A DNA stretch of 64,000 bases from Paludibacteraceae bacterium (GCA_963640745.1 CAVIBB010000001.1:13155-77154); one strand, 5' to 3'; shown: positions 49,202 through 58,781, numbered from the stretch's first letter. The notes: generated from the letters alone by a model not told the origin. Translations and numbers: made by a program.

Positions 49202-51145
49202 ATGCCTCAAATAAAACCCGGCCACCGACTCTACCTGTACCGCCTTTTTGCGCGCGAGCTCGGCGTTGGCAAGCAAACCGCCCTCGACCGCGCAGCCGAC
49301 GTGCTCACGGCGGACGGGCTCGCCCCCGCCGACCTCGGCTTCGACGATGCCCGCTCGCTCTTCGAGGCACTCGACGAGTGCATCAAACTCACCGTCTTCA
49401 AAAAGAACGCCGTCTTTGTGACGGTTACCGCGAATGAGGCCTATGACCAGGCGCTCGCTCGCGCAAGCAAGTCCGACGGCGAGAAGCCCGCGAACGGCAA
49501 GCCTTGGAAACGCCAGCGCGGCGGCAAGAACATCAAGCCCGTCCGGCCCAAGCACATCGAGCCGCCGAAGCCCGAGCCCGGGCCTGAGCCTGAGTCTGAG
49601 CCCGAGGTTGAAGCGGCACTCGCCGCCACCGAGCCATCGCCCGCCCCGACAGAGAATGCCGTCGAGGTAGAGGTCGTCGTCGACGCTACCGCGGAGGTGC
49701 CCGAACCCGAGACGGCCGACGTCCCCGAACCCGAGGGGAACGAGCCCGAGGCCGTTGCCGCCGAGGCGGCAACGGGCGAAGCAACCGCCGAGCCCGAGGC
49801 CGTGGCCGTGGTAGATACCGTTGCCGCAACCGAGCCCGAGGCCGCAGCCGTGGCCGAGCCCGCCGTCGCCGACGACCCCGTGCCCGTTTCCGACGCCCCT
49901 GTCAACGAGACCCCCCGCGAGGCCCCCGTCAAGGCCGCCGCGCCCTCCATCCACTTGACCATCACCTATGCCCCCGACCCCATCGAGGACCCTGAGCCGG
50001 CAGCCGCGCCCGAGCCGGAGCCCGCTCCGGAGCCCGCGCCGGCCGCGAAACCGGAGCCGCCGCTGGCCCCGGCACCCGCCCCGCGTCCCTCTCGCCCGGC
50101 AAATGACCTGCCTCAGGATTTCTACGCCGACGTCATTGTTACCGACGAGCCGCTTTCTGCCCTTTATCAGGTGCTTCCCGTGGATGTCGACCCCGTCGCA
50201 ACCCTCGAGGAGGATTTCCGCATCGCCCGCTCGACCGGCACGCTCGCCGGCACCCGCAGCGAGGTCAGCTTCCCCCTGCGCTTCCAGCGCAAGAACGGCG
50301 AGCCCGTCATGGCAACCCTCCGCCGCCGCGCCCGCAGCGTCGCCGGCAAGCGCTGGACGCTCGCGAGCATCGAGGCCGACTCCCCTGAAGAGGTCGGGAT
50401 GGGCGCGCTCGAGCACAAAGCTGCGGGCCCCTGGGCCGCATTCGCCAACGAAGACCAGCTCAAGGGCACTATCAGCCCCGAGGCCGAGCTTGCGCAGTTC
50501 GCAGTTCTCGGCTCATGGGACAAACTCCTGAAGCAGCTCTCCGAGCTCGCCGCGCCCGAGGACTGGGGAGAGGACCGCGCTATCCTGCGCGAGTATCTCT
50601 CGATGACGTATCGCCGCATCGCCAGGCAGCACCGGCTCTCCATGGCTGACGACGGCTCAGGCGCCGCCTTCGATACCGGCCTTGTCACGGCCGAGGGCGA
50701 GACGATCGCCGCCGTCCTCGAGCCCCATGACGGCGACATCGCTTGGGAGCTCACGTGCTTCTCGGTAAACGCCCAGGGCCAGCCCGCGACCTACCTGCCC
50801 CACTTCGCCCAGCCGAAGGCGACTGCGGGACGCGCTGCGGAAGCGACGCTCGACGAGCTGCGCCGCTCGGCTTCCGAGGTGACGGGGTCGCTGCGCCGCG
50901 CCCTGCAGCAGGCCATCCGCAACCCCCGTTACGCCACGCTCGCCTACGACGCTGTGAACGACCGCGTGGTCGGGCTTCTTCCCGTCGATGGCAAGGTGTG
51001 CGCGGTCGTTGCCGGCGAGAACGGGGAGGCGCAGGTCGTGGCCACCGTCGACGCGCACGACGCCTACGTCTGCGCCCGCGTGGTTAGCTCCGAGCAGCCT
51101 TCTTGGCTGGTAAACATGGCAAAGGCCGGGCAGGCCGAGGGTTAG
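49202..51145 (+). CDS. Hypothetical multidomain protein with Pro/Glu/Ala linker and possible DUF3825-like C-terminus
   Basis: Globular N-terminus, long PE/A-rich linker, then EDWG...ILREYLSMTYRR...AAFDTGLVT. Confidence 0.55.
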   Translation: MPQIKPGHRLYLYRLFARELGVGKQTALDRAADVLTADGLAPADLGFDDARSLFEALDECIKLTVFKKNAVFVTVTANEAYDQALARASKSDGEKPANGKPWKRQRGGKNIKPVRPKHIEPPKPEPGPEPESEPEVEAALAATEPSPAPTENAVEVEVVVDATAEVPEPETADVPEPEGNEPEAVAAEAATGEATAEPEAVAVVDTVAATEPEAAAVAEPAVADDPVPVSDAPVNETPREAPVKAAAPSIHLTITYAPDPIEDPEPAAAPEPEPAPEPAPAAKPEPPLAPAPAPRPSRPANDLPQDFYADVIVTDEPLSALYQVLPVDVDPVATLEEDFRIARSTGTLAGTRSEVSFPLRFQRKNGEPVMATLRRRARSVAGKRWTLASIEADSPEEVGMGALEHKAAGPWAAFANEDQLKGTISPEAELAQFAVLGSWDKLLKQLSELAAPEDWGEDRAILREYLSMTYRRIARQHRLSMADDGSGAAFDTGLVTAEGETIAAVLEPHDGDIAWELTCFSVNAQGQPATYLPHFAQPKATAGRAAEATLDELRRSASEVTGSLRRALQQAIRNPRYATLAYDAVNDRVVGLLPVDGKVCAVVAGENGEAQVVATVDAHDAYVCARVVSSEQPSWLVNMAKAGQAEG

Positions 51146-51393
51146 AGCCGTAACTGCGCCGGGCTCCAAACGGCTCGTCCACATCAACCCGCACGCAGCC
51201 CCAGCAGGGTGCCTGCGAGCGGGTTTTCTTCATCGTGGCCCAATTGGCGCCTGCCTTTGGTCGCTCGGCGCCTTCTCGCGTGCCCGCGGCATCGTGAGCG
51301 CCGCGCAATGCTCCGGGATGATGCGCGTCGTCAACGGGGTCCTCTTCCCCATAATGGTGTTCAACGCGATCTTTACCAGCGAGAGGAACGCGG

Positions 51394-52323
51394 GTGATTC
51401 TAAACACAGGTTGCCGGACGGATATCCCGGCATACTTCAGCGAGTGGTTTTATCGCCGAGTGAGCGAGGGCTTCGTCATGGCGAGAAACCCGTACCGACC
51501 CGAGCTCGTAACCCGTTACGCACTGGATCCGCGGGTCGTCGACGTCATCGGCTTCTGCACGAAGAACCCGGCGCCGATGCTGCCCCGGCTCGGCGAGCTC
51601 AGCGCCTTCCGGCAATTCTGGTTCGTGACTTGTACGCCCTATGGGCGCGAGATCGAGCCCAACGTGCCGGATAAATCAGAGGTTCTTGAATCAATAAAGA
51701 AACTGTCCGCGCTCGTCGGGCCGCGCGCGGTGGGCTGGCGCTACGACCCCGTGTTTCTTACCGAGCGATACAGCGTCAATTATCATCTGCGGGCCTTCGA
51801 GAAGATGTCCGCGGCGCTCGAGGGGCGCGTGGCCTTCTGCGTCGTGAGCTTCATCGACCTCTACGCAAAGACGCGGCGGAACTTCCCGGAAGCGCGTGAG
51901 GTCACCCTCACTGAACAGCGGTTTCTTGTTAGCGAGTTTGTGCGAATCGGCGCGGCGCACGGCATCGGGATCCGTCTGTGCTGCGAGGACCCATCCCTCG
52001 CGGAATGCGGGGCAGGCATCGGCGGCTGCATGACGCAAGAGGTGCTCGAGCGGGCATTCAGCATAAAGCTCGACGTCCCCGCGTCAAAGCGCTCACCGCG
52101 CGACCAATGCGCGTGCCTGCTCGGCGCGGATATCGGCACTTACAACACCTGCCCGCACGGCTGCGTTTATTGCTACGCGAACTATGACTGGCAGACCGTC
52201 GCGCGCAACCTGAGGCTACACGACCCCGCGTCGCCACTGCTCATCGGGCACGTGCAGCCGAGCGACACCGTCCGCGACGCGCAGCAGGAGAGTTATCTGG
52301 CCCGGCAACTCTCGCTTTTCTAA
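51394..52323 (+). CDS. DUF1848 family protein (radical-SAM-like)
   Basis: RTDIPAYFSEWF, FCTKNP, WRYDP, DIGTYNTCPHGCVYCYA. Confidence 0.9.
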   Translation: MILNTGCRTDIPAYFSEWFYRRVSEGFVMARNPYRPELVTRYALDPRVVDVIGFCTKNPAPMLPRLGELSAFRQFWFVTCTPYGREIEPNVPDKSEVLESIKKLSALVGPRAVGWRYDPVFLTERYSVNYHLRAFEKMSAALEGRVAFCVVSFIDLYAKTRRNFPEAREVTLTEQRFLVSEFVRIGAAHGIGIRLCCEDPSLAECGAGIGGCMTQEVLERAFSIKLDVPASKRSPRDQCACLLGADIGTYNTCPHGCVYCYANYDWQTVARNLRLHDPASPLLIGHVQPSDTVRDAQQESYLARQLSLF

Positions 52324-52347
52324 AGAAGGCGCAAGAAGGCCGCGGCC

Positions 52348-52578
52348 GTTGCGAAAAACAGGGTGACGGCAATGGGACCGGCCGCCGCGTTGCGGTAAAC
52401 GGGGTGATGGCAGAAAAATCGCCGGAAAAGTTGCGAAAACGGGGTGATGGCAGGGGCGCGCCACGGGCACGCTGCCATCACCCCGGATTACGCAACAAAG
52501 AGGCCTCGTTTATTGCCATCACCCCGTTTTGCGCAACGTGGCGGCGGGCCCGACTGCCGCCACCCCGTTTTGCGCAAC
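52348..52578. repeat. 41-bp-period mirror array, family C (3 + 3 cores of 23 bp)
   Basis: GTTGCG..AAACGGGGTGATGGC at 52348, 52389, 52430; inverted at 52474, 52515, 52556; 18-bp linkers. Confidence 0.92.
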
Positions 52579-52615
52579 GCACCGACCCGGCGAGCGGGCA
52601 AGAAGCCACAGCCCC

Positions 52616-53770
52616 CTACCCAGCGGCGATCTCGCGCACCGCCTCGACCGCCGCGTCAATCTCGGCATACGTGGTGAACCACGAGGTCGAGAAGCGAACG
52701 ACGCCCTGCTCAACGGTGCCGAGCGCCTTATGCATAAGCGGGGCGCAGTGGGCACCGGGCCGCGTCGCGATGCCCCAGCCTTGCATGAGCATGTCGGAGA
52801 CCTCGGCGGAGGCCAAGCCCTCGATGTTAAGCGCGACGATGCCCGGACGCACGACGTCGGGCGCGCACTCAGGCCAATCTCCATAGACCGTCACGCCGGG
52901 AAGGTCGCGCACACCCTCGTAAAGCCGCCGCGCCGTCGCCGCCTCGTGCGCCCCCATGGCCGCAACACCACCGTGCTCCTCGATAAACGCAAGGCCGGCG
53001 CTGAGCCCCGCAAGCCCATGCCCGTTCAGGGTCCCCGCCTCGAGGCGCGTGGGCCAGCCTTCCGGCTGCATCGGCTCGAAGCTGTGGACACCCGTGCCGC
53101 CGACGTTCCACGGACGCACGTCAACATCCGGCGCAACGGCCAGGCCACCCGTGCCCTGCGGCCCCATAAGCGCCTTGTGGCCTGTGAAGCACACAACGTC
53201 GAGGCCCTGCGTCGCCATGTTTATGGGAAGAAGCCCCGCAGACTGCGAGGCGTCCACGATGCAGAGCGCGCCCGCGGCATGAGCAACCCGGGCAACCGTG
53301 GCCACGTCGACGGCGTTTCCCGTCACGTTCGAGGCGCCCGTGACCACGACCGCCCTCGTGCCGGGCACGACCAGGCGCTCCAAGTCGCCCATGTCGAGAC
53401 GCCCCAAGGCGTCGCACCCCGCGCGCTCGACCACCACGCCGCGCTCGGCCGCCAGGCGATTCAACGGGCGCAGCACCGAGTTGTGCTCGAGCACCGTGGT
53501 AACAACGCGGTCCCCCTCGCCGACCAGGCCGTTGATCGCGCAGTTGAGCGCCGCCGTCGAGTTGGGCGCGAACGCCACGTGATCGGCCCGTTCGCAGCCC
53601 AGAAGCGCTGCCACGCGCTCGCGGCACTCGTGCGCCACGCGGGCGCCCGCCATCGCGCCCGAGCCGGCGCCACGCCCCGCGTTTCCGAGCGAGCCCATTG
53701 CCGCCGCTACGGCATCGATGACCTGCTGCGGCTTGCGCATCGTTGTCGCCGCGTTGTCCAGGTAGATCAT
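52616..53770 (-). CDS. Cysteine desulfurase/selenocysteine lyase family (class V aminotransferase)
   Basis: YLDNAATT, EHNSV, DASQSAG, FTGHK, EAGT, RPGAHCAP. Confidence 0.9.
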   Translation of the reverse strand: MIYLDNAATTMRKPQQVIDAVAAAMGSLGNAGRGAGSGAMAGARVAHECRERVAALLGCERADHVAFAPNSTAALNCAINGLVGEGDRVVTTVLEHNSVLRPLNRLAAERGVVVERAGCDALGRLDMGDLERLVVPGTRAVVVTGASNVTGNAVDVATVARVAHAAGALCIVDASQSAGLLPINMATQGLDVVCFTGHKALMGPQGTGGLAVAPDVDVRPWNVGGTGVHSFEPMQPEGWPTRLEAGTLNGHGLAGLSAGLAFIEEHGGVAAMGAHEAATARRLYEGVRDLPGVTVYGDWPECAPDVVRPGIVALNIEGLASAEVSDMLMQGWGIATRPGAHCAPLMHKALGTVEQGVVRFSTSWFTTYAEIDAAVEAVREIAAG

Positions 53771-53947
53771 GCCCATCACTCCCCTGCGCAGAAATAGCCG
53801 CTCGTCGGCGACGCGCTTGCCGGGCGCGGCCATCGAGACCGCGGGCCCAGGCCGGCAAGCCCCGGCCATGTCCGCGCGCTTCTTCTTACTTGGTTATAGA
53901 CCATGGCGGCCGCCGGCGCGACGCCGCAAAATAAAACCGCCCAGAGG

Positions 53948-54205
53948 TCAAAGCCCCTCGGCGGTATAAATCGAGGTATAGGCAGCACCGGGGTCCTTCT
54001 CATCGAGACTCACCACGCGCTCGACCTCCTCGGGCCACGGCTCGTCATCGGCCAAGGGCATGACGTCGAAGCGCGCGCAGGTCCCGCAATTGCTCGAAAG
54101 CGAGCGAGGCACGGGCATGAGCTCCACCTCGACGCCGCGGCTCGAGCACAGGCGCCGAAAACGCACGGCGCCGAAGTGCGAGAAGAACGTCGCGAGATAT
54201 GACAT
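53948..54205 (-). CDS. DUF3343 family protein
   Basis: YLATFFSHFGA...LMPVPRSLSSNCGTC. Confidence 0.8.
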   Translation of the reverse strand: MSYLATFFSHFGAVRFRRLCSSRGVEVELMPVPRSLSSNCGTCARFDVMPLADDEPWPEEVERVVSLDEKDPGAAYTSIYTAEGL

Positions 54206-54280
54206 GTTCCTCCCCCGTTCACGTAAAAAAGGCGGCCGCCCCTCCCGCTTCCCCCGCGAGAAAGGACGGCCGCCTCGAAA

Positions 54281-54487
54281 CTACTTAGAGATGGTCAGCG
54301 TGTACTCGCCGTTGTTCTCGGCAACGCTCACGTTGAAGCCCTGGCTCTGCGCGAAACGCGTCACGTTCTCGCGGGCGGCCACGGCGTCGACCAGCACCTC
54401 ATAGCTGTCGCCGCCCGAGGCAAAGGCGTTGCGGGCCATGACGACGGGCTCGGGGCAGGAGAGGCCGCGGGCATCGATGGTTTCCAT
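54281..54487 (-). CDS. TusA/SirA-like sulfur carrier
   Basis: IDARGLSCPEPVV...ENVTRFA. Confidence 0.9.
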   Translation of the reverse strand: METIDARGLSCPEPVVMARNAFASGGDSYEVLVDAVAARENVTRFAQSQGFNVSVAENNGEYTLTISK

Positions 54488-54529
54488 GTTTACTCCGTTC
54501 TGTTCAATCGAGAGATGCGGCGGGTTCGT

Positions 54530-55618
54530 TTAGGCGCGCTTCTTGCCGAAGGTATTCGCGCAGGCGATGGCCACGACGACCACGAGGCAGACGACCACGG
54601 CGACCTGGCCGGCGGGCGTGGCGCCCTTAGCGCTGGAGGCGAGGCCGAAGTTGTGGGCAAAGGCGGCGCCGGCGACGAGGCCGAGGATGGCCACGGCCGA
54701 GTCGGCGTTGCCCTCGCCGGAGAGGATCATCTGGCGCATCGGGCAACCGCCAAGAAGGACGCAGCCGAAGCCCATGAGCAGGGTGCCGAGGAAGTTCCAG
54801 ACGCCGTCGGTGTGGGCGATGGGCTGGTCGGCGAAGCCGAGGTTGAAGTAGGAGCCGCCGGTGGTCGCGGCGAGGACAAGGTTCGTGACGAGCGCGGCGA
54901 CGAGAATGGCGACGAAGCCGAGCAGCAGCCTGTTCTCACGGAAGAGCACGAAGTCGCGGACGCCGCCGACCATGCACAGGCGGGTGTGCTGGGCGATGGC
55001 GCCGACGATGAGGCCGGCCACGAGGCTGATGGCGATGGCGGCGTGCTTGGCGCCGGGGCCGGCGCCCTCGGCGGAGAAGAAGATGAACGCGGGCGCGGCC
55101 ACGACGAGCGCGATCAGGCCGAGCTGCACGATGGGCCAGATGACGCCCTCGGCGGCGGGCAGCCTATAGGTGCGCTGCAGCGAGAAGCCCTTGTTGAGGA
55201 AGAACGTGCCGGCGAGGATGCCGCAGACGAAGCCGACGAGGCCGATCGCAGCGTTGAGGTCGCCGCCTGCGATGCGCAGGATCATGCGGAACGGGCAGCC
55301 CAGGAACATGAGGGCGCCGATCATCACGCAGAAGCCGAGCACGAAGCGGGTCAGCGGGGCGGAGCCGCCGCGGGGAGAGAACTCCTTCTTGCCGATGGCA
55401 AGAAGGAAGCTGCCGAGCACGAGGCCCGTGAGCTCCGGGCGGATGTACTGGACGGCCTCCGCGCGGTGCAGGCCGAGGCCGCCGGCGGTGTCGCGGATAA
55501 AGCAGGCAACGCAGAAGCCCATGTTGGCCGGGTTGCCAAAGAACACGAGCATCGCCGCGATGACGCCGATGACGGCGCCGCCGGCGATGATCGCGACCTT
55601 CTCCTTCTTCAGGTCCAT
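54530..55618 (-). CDS. YedE/YeeE family (putative selenium/sulfur) transporter
   Basis: GNPANMGFCVACFIRDTAG, YIRPE, LGCPFR, RLCMVGG, GGCPMRQ. Confidence 0.9.
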   Translation of the reverse strand: MDLKKEKVAIIAGGAVIGVIAAMLVFFGNPANMGFCVACFIRDTAGGLGLHRAEAVQYIRPELTGLVLGSFLLAIGKKEFSPRGGSAPLTRFVLGFCVMIGALMFLGCPFRMILRIAGGDLNAAIGLVGFVCGILAGTFFLNKGFSLQRTYRLPAAEGVIWPIVQLGLIALVVAAPAFIFFSAEGAGPGAKHAAIAISLVAGLIVGAIAQHTRLCMVGGVRDFVLFRENRLLLGFVAILVAALVTNLVLAATTGGSYFNLGFADQPIAHTDGVWNFLGTLLMGFGCVLLGGCPMRQMILSGEGNADSAVAILGLVAGAAFAHNFGLASSAKGATPAGQVAVVVCLVVVVAIACANTFGKKRA

Positions 55619-55689
55619 ACTAAATGGTGTCCCTTCCCTACTGCCGCGGCGCTTCTTGCCGACGGCAACTTACAATGTGTCTGAAAATT

Positions 55690-55704
55690 CTAACATCTGG
55701 TTAG
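55690..55704. promoter_or_regulatory. Possible LysR-type T-N11-A box
   Basis: CTAAC-ATCTG-GTTAG palindrome in the AT-rich divergent yedE/desulfurase spacer. Confidence 0.4.
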
Positions 55705-55751
55705 GCGTTATTTTTTTCTGAGTACAACCGATTTTGGAAACGGGTCGTTAC

Positions 55752-56936
55752 ATGGCGCAGACAAACCCGCAGGCAGAGCCGCAGAGAACCTATCTCGACA
55801 ACGCGAGCACGTCCTTTCCCAAGCCGCCTTGCGTGCCCGACGCCGTCTACGCCTACATGACCAGGATGGGCACGAACGCGGGCCGCGGGGAATACGCCGG
55901 CGCCTTCGAGACCGACGACCTCGTGCTCGGCGTGCGCGAGAAGCTCTGCGACCTGCTCGGCGGCGAGGACCCCTCGTGCGTCGTCTTTACCCGCAACGTG
56001 ACCGAGGCGCTGAACCTCGTGCTCAAGGGATCGCTGCGCGCCGGAGACCACGTGATCGTCTCGTCGATGGAGCACAACGCCGTCATGCGGCCCCTCACCC
56101 AGCTGGCGGCGCGCGGCGTGGAGTTCAGCCGCGTGCCGTGCGCGCCCGACGGAACGCTGCACCCCGCGGATGTGGCGCCTCTCATGCGCCCGAACACGCG
56201 GATGGTAGTGATGACGCACGCGAGCAACGTCTGCGGGACGGCGCTGCCCCTCGCCGAGATGGGGCGCGTCTGCCGCGAGCACGGCGCGCGCTTCGTAGTT
56301 GACGCGGCGCAGACGGCGGGCGTGCTTCCCGTGAACGCCCGCTCGCTTTGCGCCGACGCGGTTTGCTTCACGGGGCACAAGGGGCTCCTCGGCCCACAGG
56401 GCATCGGCGGCGCCGTGCTCACGCGCGAGTTCGCGCGGACCATCGAGCCGCTGGTCGCGGGCGGTACGGGAAGCGCCTCAAGCAGCGAGGAGATGCCGGG
56501 CTTCTTGCCAGACGCCCTCGAGGCGGGCACCCTCAACCTGCCCGGAATCGCCGGCCTCTCCGCCGCGCTCGACTGGGTTTCCGGGCGGGGGACGCAGACG
56601 ATCTGCGCCCACGAGCAGGCCCTCGCGGCAGCGCTTATCGACGGACTCGGACCCCTCGAAACCTCGGGCGCCGTCCGCATCGTCGGCCTACGCGGGGTCG
56701 AGGGGCGCACAGGGGTCGTCTCGATCCAGACGCCGGGGCACGAGCTCGCCGAGGTCGCCCACACGCTCGACGCGGATCACGGCATCCAGACGCGCGTCGG
56801 CCTGCACTGCGCGCCCTCCGCCCACAAGACGCTCGGCACCTTCCCCACAGGCACCATCCGATTCAGCTTTGGGTGGGCGAACACGAACGCCGACGTCGTG
56901 CGGGCCGTCAACGCGCTGGAGAGGATCCTGCGGTAA
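55752..56936 (+). CDS. Cysteine desulfurase/selenocysteine lyase family protein
   Basis: YLDNASTSFPKP, EHNAV, DAAQTAG, FTGHK, RVGLHCAP. Confidence 0.9.
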   Translation: MAQTNPQAEPQRTYLDNASTSFPKPPCVPDAVYAYMTRMGTNAGRGEYAGAFETDDLVLGVREKLCDLLGGEDPSCVVFTRNVTEALNLVLKGSLRAGDHVIVSSMEHNAVMRPLTQLAARGVEFSRVPCAPDGTLHPADVAPLMRPNTRMVVMTHASNVCGTALPLAEMGRVCREHGARFVVDAAQTAGVLPVNARSLCADAVCFTGHKGLLGPQGIGGAVLTREFARTIEPLVAGGTGSASSSEEMPGFLPDALEAGTLNLPGIAGLSAALDWVSGRGTQTICAHEQALAAALIDGLGPLETSGAVRIVGLRGVEGRTGVVSIQTPGHELAEVAHTLDADHGIQTRVGLHCAPSAHKTLGTFPTGTIRFSFGWANTNADVVRAVNALERILR

Positions 56937-56984
56937 CGCGGCTCCGTGCTAGAGTAGGCGGGCATCTCTCGCCCGCGCGCGATG

Positions 56985-57037
56985 CACAAAGAAGACCGCC
57001 CGGAATTGCTTCCGAGCGGTCTTTCTCTCCATCAATT
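56985..57037. terminator. Bidirectional terminator, repeat copy 1
   Basis: AGACCGCCCGGAA-TTGC-TTCCGAGCGGTCT stem between convergent genes. Confidence 0.75.
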
Positions 57038-57068
57038 CGGGAATCAATCGCGAGGCGATCGCGAGCGC

Positions 57069-58781
57069 TTACTCCGCCTCGTCGGTGAGGGCGAGCAGGT
57101 CCTCCTCGCCAGTGCGGACCTTGACGACCTTCTCCACGCCGTAAACGAAGATCTTGCCGTCGCCGATGTGGCCGGTGTACAGGACGCGCTTGATGACGTC
57201 GACGATCTTCTCGTACGGGATGTTGCCGACGACGATCTCGACCTTGACCTTGGGCAGCAGGCGCGCGTCGACCTCGACGCCGCGGTACTTCTCGCCGGCG
57301 CCCTTCTGGAGACCGTAGCCGGTGACCTGGCTCACGGTCATGCCGGTGATGCCGGCCTTGTTGAGGGCCACCTTGAGCTCGTCGAGCTTGGAGGCCTTGC
57401 AGCACACGCTGATGTTGTGCATGCCGGTGGAGACGGGGGAAGTGACCACGGGGACGGCCGCGTTGACCTTGGCCTCGGAGGCCTTGTCGATGTCGTCCTC
57501 GCCGAGGTCGGTGCCCTCGTTGGGGCCGACGTACTCGAGGTTGGCATAGGTCGGGTCGGAGATGGCGAAGCCGGCGTAGGCGGTAGGCAGGCCGTGCTCG
57601 GCGAAGTCGAGGCCGTCGATCTCAATCTCCTCGGGAACGCGCAGGCCGACGAACTTGTCGATGACCTTAAAGATGATGAACATCGTCACGAGGACCCAGG
57701 CAGCGACGGAGATGAGGCCGAGGGCCTGGACGCCCAGCTTGGCGAAGCCGCCGCCGTAGAAGAGGCCGCCGTCGGTGGCAAAGAGGCCGACGCAGAGGGT
57801 GCCGAAGGCGCCGCAGGCACCGTGGACGGAGACCGCGCCGACGGGGTCGTCGATCTTTGCCACGTTGTCGAAGAACTCGACGGAGAGGATCACGAGGATG
57901 CCGGCGACGGTGCCCGTGATGGCGGCGCCGAAGGGATCCATGGCGTCGCAGCCGGCGGTGATGGCGACGAGGCCGGCAAGCGAGGCGTTGAAGGTAAGCG
58001 AAACGTCGGGCTTGCCGTAGCGGCACCAGGTAAAGATCATGGCCGCGAGCGTGGCCATGGCGGCCGCGAGGTTGGTGTTGAAGACGATGAGGCCGGCGTT
58101 GGTCATGACGTCGTCGCCGGTCATCGAGACGGTGGACGCGCCGTTGAAGCCGAACCAGCAGAACCAGAGGATAAAGACGCCGAGGGCCATGGCGGTCATG
58201 TTGTGGCCGAGGATGGCGCGGGGCTTGCCGTCCTTGCCGTACTTGCCGATGCGCGGGCCCAGAAGCGCGGCGCCGAGGCAGGCGGTCACGCCGCCGACGA
58301 AGTGGACCGCGGTGGAGCCGGCGAAGTCGTGGAAGCCAAGCTCAGAGAGCCAGCCGCCACCCCAGATCCAGTGACCCGAGATGGGGTACACGACGAGCGA
58401 GATCATCGCGGAGTAGAGCACGTAGGCCTTGAAGTTGGTGCGCTCGGCCATGGAGCCCGAGACGATCGTGGCCGCGGTGGCGCAGAAGACCGTCTGGAAG
58501 AGGGCGTAGACCCAGGTGGGCAGGGTGCCGAAGTCGTAGCTGCCCTGGATGAACGGGTCGAAGGAGCCGATGAGGGCGCCCGTGCCGCCGAACATGATGC
58601 CGAAGCCCACGAGCCAGTAACAAGGCGTGCCGATACAGAAGTCCATGAGGTTCTTCATGAGGATGTTGCCCGTGTTCTTCGCACGGGTCAGGCCAGCCTC
58701 GCACAAGGCGAATCCGGCTTGCATGAAATAGACGAGGAACGCTCCCACGAGCGTCCAAGTCACGTCAGCGGAACTGAACAT
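57069..58781 (-). CDS. amt: Ammonium transporter fused to a C-terminal PII (GlnK-like) domain
   Basis: MQAGFALCEAG, DFAGSTAVH, WFGFNGAS, DDPVGAVSVHG; then GMTVSQVTGYGLQKG...YRG...GHIGDGKIF..VRTGE in the same frame. Confidence 0.93.
   Translation of the reverse strand: MFSSADVTWTLVGAFLVYFMQAGFALCEAGLTRAKNTGNILMKNLMDFCIGTPCYWLVGFGIMFGGTGALIGSFDPFIQGSYDFGTLPTWVYALFQTVFCATAATIVSGSMAERTNFKAYVLYSAMISLVVYPISGHWIWGGGWLSELGFHDFAGSTAVHFVGGVTACLGAALLGPRIGKYGKDGKPRAILGHNMTAMALGVFILWFCWFGFNGASTVSMTGDDVMTNAGLIVFNTNLAAAMATLAAMIFTWCRYGKPDVSLTFNASLAGLVAITAGCDAMDPFGAAITGTVAGILVILSVEFFDNVAKIDDPVGAVSVHGACGAFGTLCVGLFATDGGLFYGGGFAKLGVQALGLISVAAWVLVTMFIIFKVIDKFVGLRVPEEIEIDGLDFAEHGLPTAYAGFAISDPTYANLEYVGPNEGTDLGEDDIDKASEAKVNAAVPVVTSPVSTGMHNISVCCKASKLDELKVALNKAGITGMTVSQVTGYGLQKGAGEKYRGVEVDARLLPKVKVEIVVGNIPYEKIVDVIKRVLYTGHIGDGKIFVYGVEKVVKVRTGEEDLLALTDEAE

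Noticed and set aside
48167..50416. 749-aa GDPD fusion protein
   Set aside because: The upstream part is antisense to the 49202..51145 gene; the likely start is MKASKV at 49036, which has a GGGGGAG RBS.
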